Below, one piece after another: positions 29,189 through 32,000 of a stretch of 32,000 nucleotides of DNA; position 1 is the first letter of the stretch, and the number at the start of each line of letters is the position of its first letter. This DNA comes from Wolbachia endosymbiont strain TRS of Brugia malayi (GTDB lineage: Bacteria; Pseudomonadota; Alphaproteobacteria; Rickettsiales; Anaplasmataceae): NCBI RefSeq assembly GCF_000008385.1, contig NC_006833.1:150001-182000 (forward strand), given 5' to 3'. Made by a program: the position numbers and the translations under genes. The notes beneath the pieces were generated by a model. That model did no database searches, was not told the origin of the DNA, and saw only the letters and a program-made list of their open reading frames with translations.

Positions 29189-31102
29189 CTAAATTATAAC
29201 TTTGCCAAGCAAGTTATTTAACTTCTTAGCAAACAGGCTTGCGTCGTCCATCTCTTCGCCCTCCACTATGCAAGCTTGATAAAACAATAGGTGGACCATA
29301 TCTTCCAATGTCGGGTTTTCACCGTTCTCAGCGTAAGATTTTATTATGCTTTTTATTACAGAATGCTTAGTGTTGACCTCAAGCACCTTTGGTGTGCGGT
29401 AATTTAGCTGATTTTGTTCGCGTAAAAAACGCTCCATTCTAAGATCCATAGCACCCTCATCAACTGCTAGACATACAGGACTATCAGTCAATTTTTTAGA
29501 AATTTTTACGCTTTTCACTGCATTACCAAGAACTTTGGTGAAATACTGCAATATAGAATCCGTATTTCCCTCAGCCCTTTCTTCATCTGATTTATTCTCT
29601 TTATCCTTTTCCTCCGGAGAGAATTTTTCCAGATCAACATCCGCACGAGTCACAGACTTAAATTTTTGACCTTTATATTCATGAATCACACTAGTCCAGA
29701 AATCATCTACTGGATCAACAAACAGAAGAACCTCCAGTCCTTTGCTGATAAATCCTTCAAGTTGTGGACTATTTTTTACTGAATCAAGGCTGTTTCCAGT
29801 TAGATAATAGATATAGCCCTGCTCAGGCTTCATTCTGCTTATATAGTCGTCAATGCTGACTAATTTTTTATCACCAGTGCTATGGAACCTGCAAATTGAG
29901 AGCAGCGCTTCTCTTTCCTCAGTTGGCATAGCTTCACAGAGACCCTCTTTTAATACCGCACCAAAATTGGTCCAGAATTTCGTGTATTCCTCTAAATTCT
30001 CTTTTGCCTTCTTACCGAGCTCTGATATCACACGCTTAGTGAGGGATTTTCTGATTTGCTCAACAACACGATTATTCTGCAGTGTTTCTCTGCTGATATT
30101 AAGGGGCAAATCTGGTGAATCGACAACACCTTTCAAGAAACGTAAGTATTGTGGTATGATTTGTACATTATCTTCAGTAATAAACACCTTATTTACATAT
30201 AATTTTACAGAGCAACGTCTATCTGGGTGAAACAAATCGAAGGGTTTAATAGAGGGAACATAAAGCAAATTTGTATATTCTATCGCCCCTTCATTTTTAT
30301 TATGCAATATCATCCAAGGCTCTCCGCCAACATGTGCAACACCACGGAAAAAATCATTATGCTCCTCTTGAGTAACGTCATTTTTTAGCTTAGTCCAAAT
30401 TGCAGCCTTGCTGTTTAGTTTTTCACTTTTTCCTTCTTCATCTATAAATTCAACAGGAAAATTTATGTGATCCGAATAGGTAGTAACAATGTTTTCAATG
30501 CGAAATTTGTCTAAAAACTCATTCTCTTCAGGACGCATAACCAAGGTAATTTTCGTTCCACAAGGGATTTGATTATCCAACTTACTGATTGAATATTCTC
30601 CATCTCCTGTAGATCTCCAGACCCAAGATTCCTCTTCCCCTGCCTTTCGAGATTCAACTATCACCTCTGAGGCAACCATGAAGCTTGAGTAAAACCCGAC
30701 ACCAAATTTTCCGATCAGTTCTACAGCTTGGCTTGAATCTTTGCTATTCTTAATTGCATCCAAGAACTTTTGCGTACCAGAGCTCGCAATTGTACCGAGA
30801 TTACCTATTAAATCCTGTCTGCTCATCCCTATTCCATTGTCGGTTACATACAGCTCATTCTCATCTTTGTTAGAGCTAATAGTGATTTTTAACTCACCAC
30901 TTGAATCTAGCAAATTAGGGTTTAGTTGAGATTCATAGCGCAATTTATCGCATGCATCTGATGCATTTGATACCAACTCACGCAGAAAAATATCTTTATT
31001 AGTATAAAGTGAATGAATTACTATATTCAGTACTTTTCCTACCTCAGCATCAAATTTTAAATTTTCAGTTCCTTTTACATTATGCATTTTGAGCTCCATC
31101 AT
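29189..31102 (-). CDS. htpG: Molecular chaperone HtpG (Hsp90 family)
   Basis: 637-aa [48 protein letters not shown]. The true start may be the internal Met at MHNVKG (31087). Confidence 0.96.
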   Translation of the reverse strand: MMELKMHNVKGTENLKFDAEVGKVLNIVIHSLYTNKDIFLRELVSNASDACDKLRYESQLNPNLLDSSGELKITISSNKDENELYVTDNGIGMSRQDLIGNLGTIASSGTQKFLDAIKNSKDSSQAVELIGKFGVGFYSSFMVASEVIVESRKAGEEESWVWRSTGDGEYSISKLDNQIPCGTKITLVMRPEENEFLDKFRIENIVTTYSDHINFPVEFIDEEGKSEKLNSKAAIWTKLKNDVTQEEHNDFFRGVAHVGGEPWMILHNKNEGAIEYTNLLYVPSIKPFDLFHPDRRCSVKLYVNKVFITEDNVQIIPQYLRFLKGVVDSPDLPLNISRETLQNNRVVEQIRKSLTKRVISELGKKAKENLEEYTKFWTNFGAVLKEGLCEAMPTEEREALLSICRFHSTGDKKLVSIDDYISRMKPEQGYIYYLTGNSLDSVKNSPQLEGFISKGLEVLLFVDPVDDFWTSVIHEYKGQKFKSVTRADVDLEKFSPEEKDKENKSDEERAEGNTDSILQYFTKVLGNAVKSVKISKKLTDSPVCLAVDEGAMDLRMERFLREQNQLNYRTPKVLEVNTKHSVIKSIIKSYAENGENPTLEDMVHLLFYQACIVEGEEMDDASLFAKKLNNLLGKVII

Positions 31103-31240
31103 TTGCCTACTACCCTAATGATTTAAGTATTGAACTATGACCTTTCAAGGTCACATACACCAAAATTAATGCAGCTATAATTATTGTGATACCCAATCTA
31201 TAGAATTTCCTTGCATAACAAACTTGCGGCAGCACGTTAA

Positions 31241-31697
31241 AAAAACTACTTGACAAACCTCGCTAGCCCCCTTATCCCGATACTGGAGGTATTAAGTTAC
31301 CTTCAATCTGTGCAGATTAAAATAATAAAGTGTTATATAGTTAGCATCTTATGTTTAATTTTTTGCACTATATGTACCTTATGTCTTCACAATATTTCTA
31401 ATTTTTTACCTATATAAGTTGAAACTCGCTTATAAAGCGTTTAGGACAGTATAATATACTAATTTGCAGGATTAGAGAGTAAATACTATCACCATAATAT
31501 ATCTTTTGCCTTTTTTTTGCCTAGTAAATTTCTAAAACATTTATGACTAAAGGTTAGTTGCAATAAAAAACAACTAAGTCGCGATTACTAAGTATTTAAA
31601 ACATAAAAAAACGCTAGTGTTTTTAAATAGATATTAACTAGGGCTTCTTTTGTCTTTTTCTTACTTGGTGGATTTCTTAAATATTTGTAGCTGAAGC
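31241..31697 (+). repeat. Intergenic repeat copy C (457 bp, identical to 17324-17780); family-level similarity continues to about 31775
   Basis: See copy B. Past 31697 the sequence diverges (gattcaagagcacgcgac versus aatttagaagcagcagcgcc) but keeps the shared end block (cctttag...ttatgcaagaaatct). Confidence 0.9.
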
Positions 31698-32000
31698 GAT
31701 TCAAGAGCACGCGACTTAATGTCAAGCCTTTAGTTCAAGTTATGCAAGAAATCTGTTGTATAATTAAGTACTTTTTTAAATTGTAAAGGTAGGTTATCTT
31801 TATATGGCTTGTATCTAATTCGTTTACTTTAGGAGTGTTAATAGAAGTTATCACGGATTCTCAAGTTTTGTTACCTGCTCTAATCCTTTACTTATGCTTT
31901 AATCTTGACTTCAAATTTTATTGAAGTGCTTGCTCCGCTGATAGCCATTTACTACATCAATTTTTAAACCAGGACTTCCGTAACTAAAAGATTCACCAGG

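Noticed and set aside
31911-32000. Open minus-strand frame at the right edge (PGESFSYGSPGLKIDVVNGYQRSKHFNKI, stop at 31911-31913), possibly the 3' end of a gene
   Set aside because: It has only 29 codons and no motif I recognise. An open stretch of that length is not rare by chance, so I cannot support it as a feature.
1-32000. Search for IS elements, prophage WO genes, group II intron, rRNA, tmRNA, RNase P or SRP RNA signatures
   Set aside because: I saw no transposase, integrase, reverse-transcriptase or phage structural ORFs, and no conserved core motifs of these RNAs. The only mobile-like sequences are the short hairpin repeats and the intergenic repeat family reported above.

Overview
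AT-rich window from a reduced alphaproteobacterial endosymbiont of the Rickettsiales/Anaplasmataceae type, most likely Wolbachia. That guess rests on gene content, not on any search: an alpha-type 5-aminolevulinate synthase, a lone nuoD, the lipid-II genes murC and murJ, ankyrin-repeat gene debris and hairpin-rich intergenic repeats. The backbone is ordinary housekeeping: a family-4 UDG 3' end, rlpA, murC, eno, obg, an AsmA-like gene, murJ, tRNA-His, a membrane cytochrome c, recJ, nuoD, recF, bcp, an orphan sensor histidine kinase, argD, rimM, efp, suhB, hemA and htpG. Five decayed genes sit among these: a DUF234-type ATPase, a DsbD-like remnant, an alpha/beta hydrolase with one frameshift, an unidentified membrane-protein remnant and a heavily broken ankyrin-repeat gene. 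I saw no transposase, prophage, CRISPR or rRNA. Five things deserve a second look. (1) Two related hairpin-forming repeats are inserted in frame inside murC. (2) A perfect 457-bp direct repeat pair lies 13.9 kb apart and brackets recF through htpG; a third diverged copy sits at the left end, and all three carry internal ~130-145-bp periodic hairpin units. (3) The only accessory locus lies between hemA and htpG, with two orphan ORFs upstream of the eroded ankyrin-repeat gene. (4) The SuhB homologue has lost its canonical metal-binding motifs. (5) Two of the frameshifts sit in A/T homopolymer tracts and a third in a short A run. I could not recognise any complete novel multi-gene system. The hemA-htpG island is the best candidate, and it is mostly decayed.
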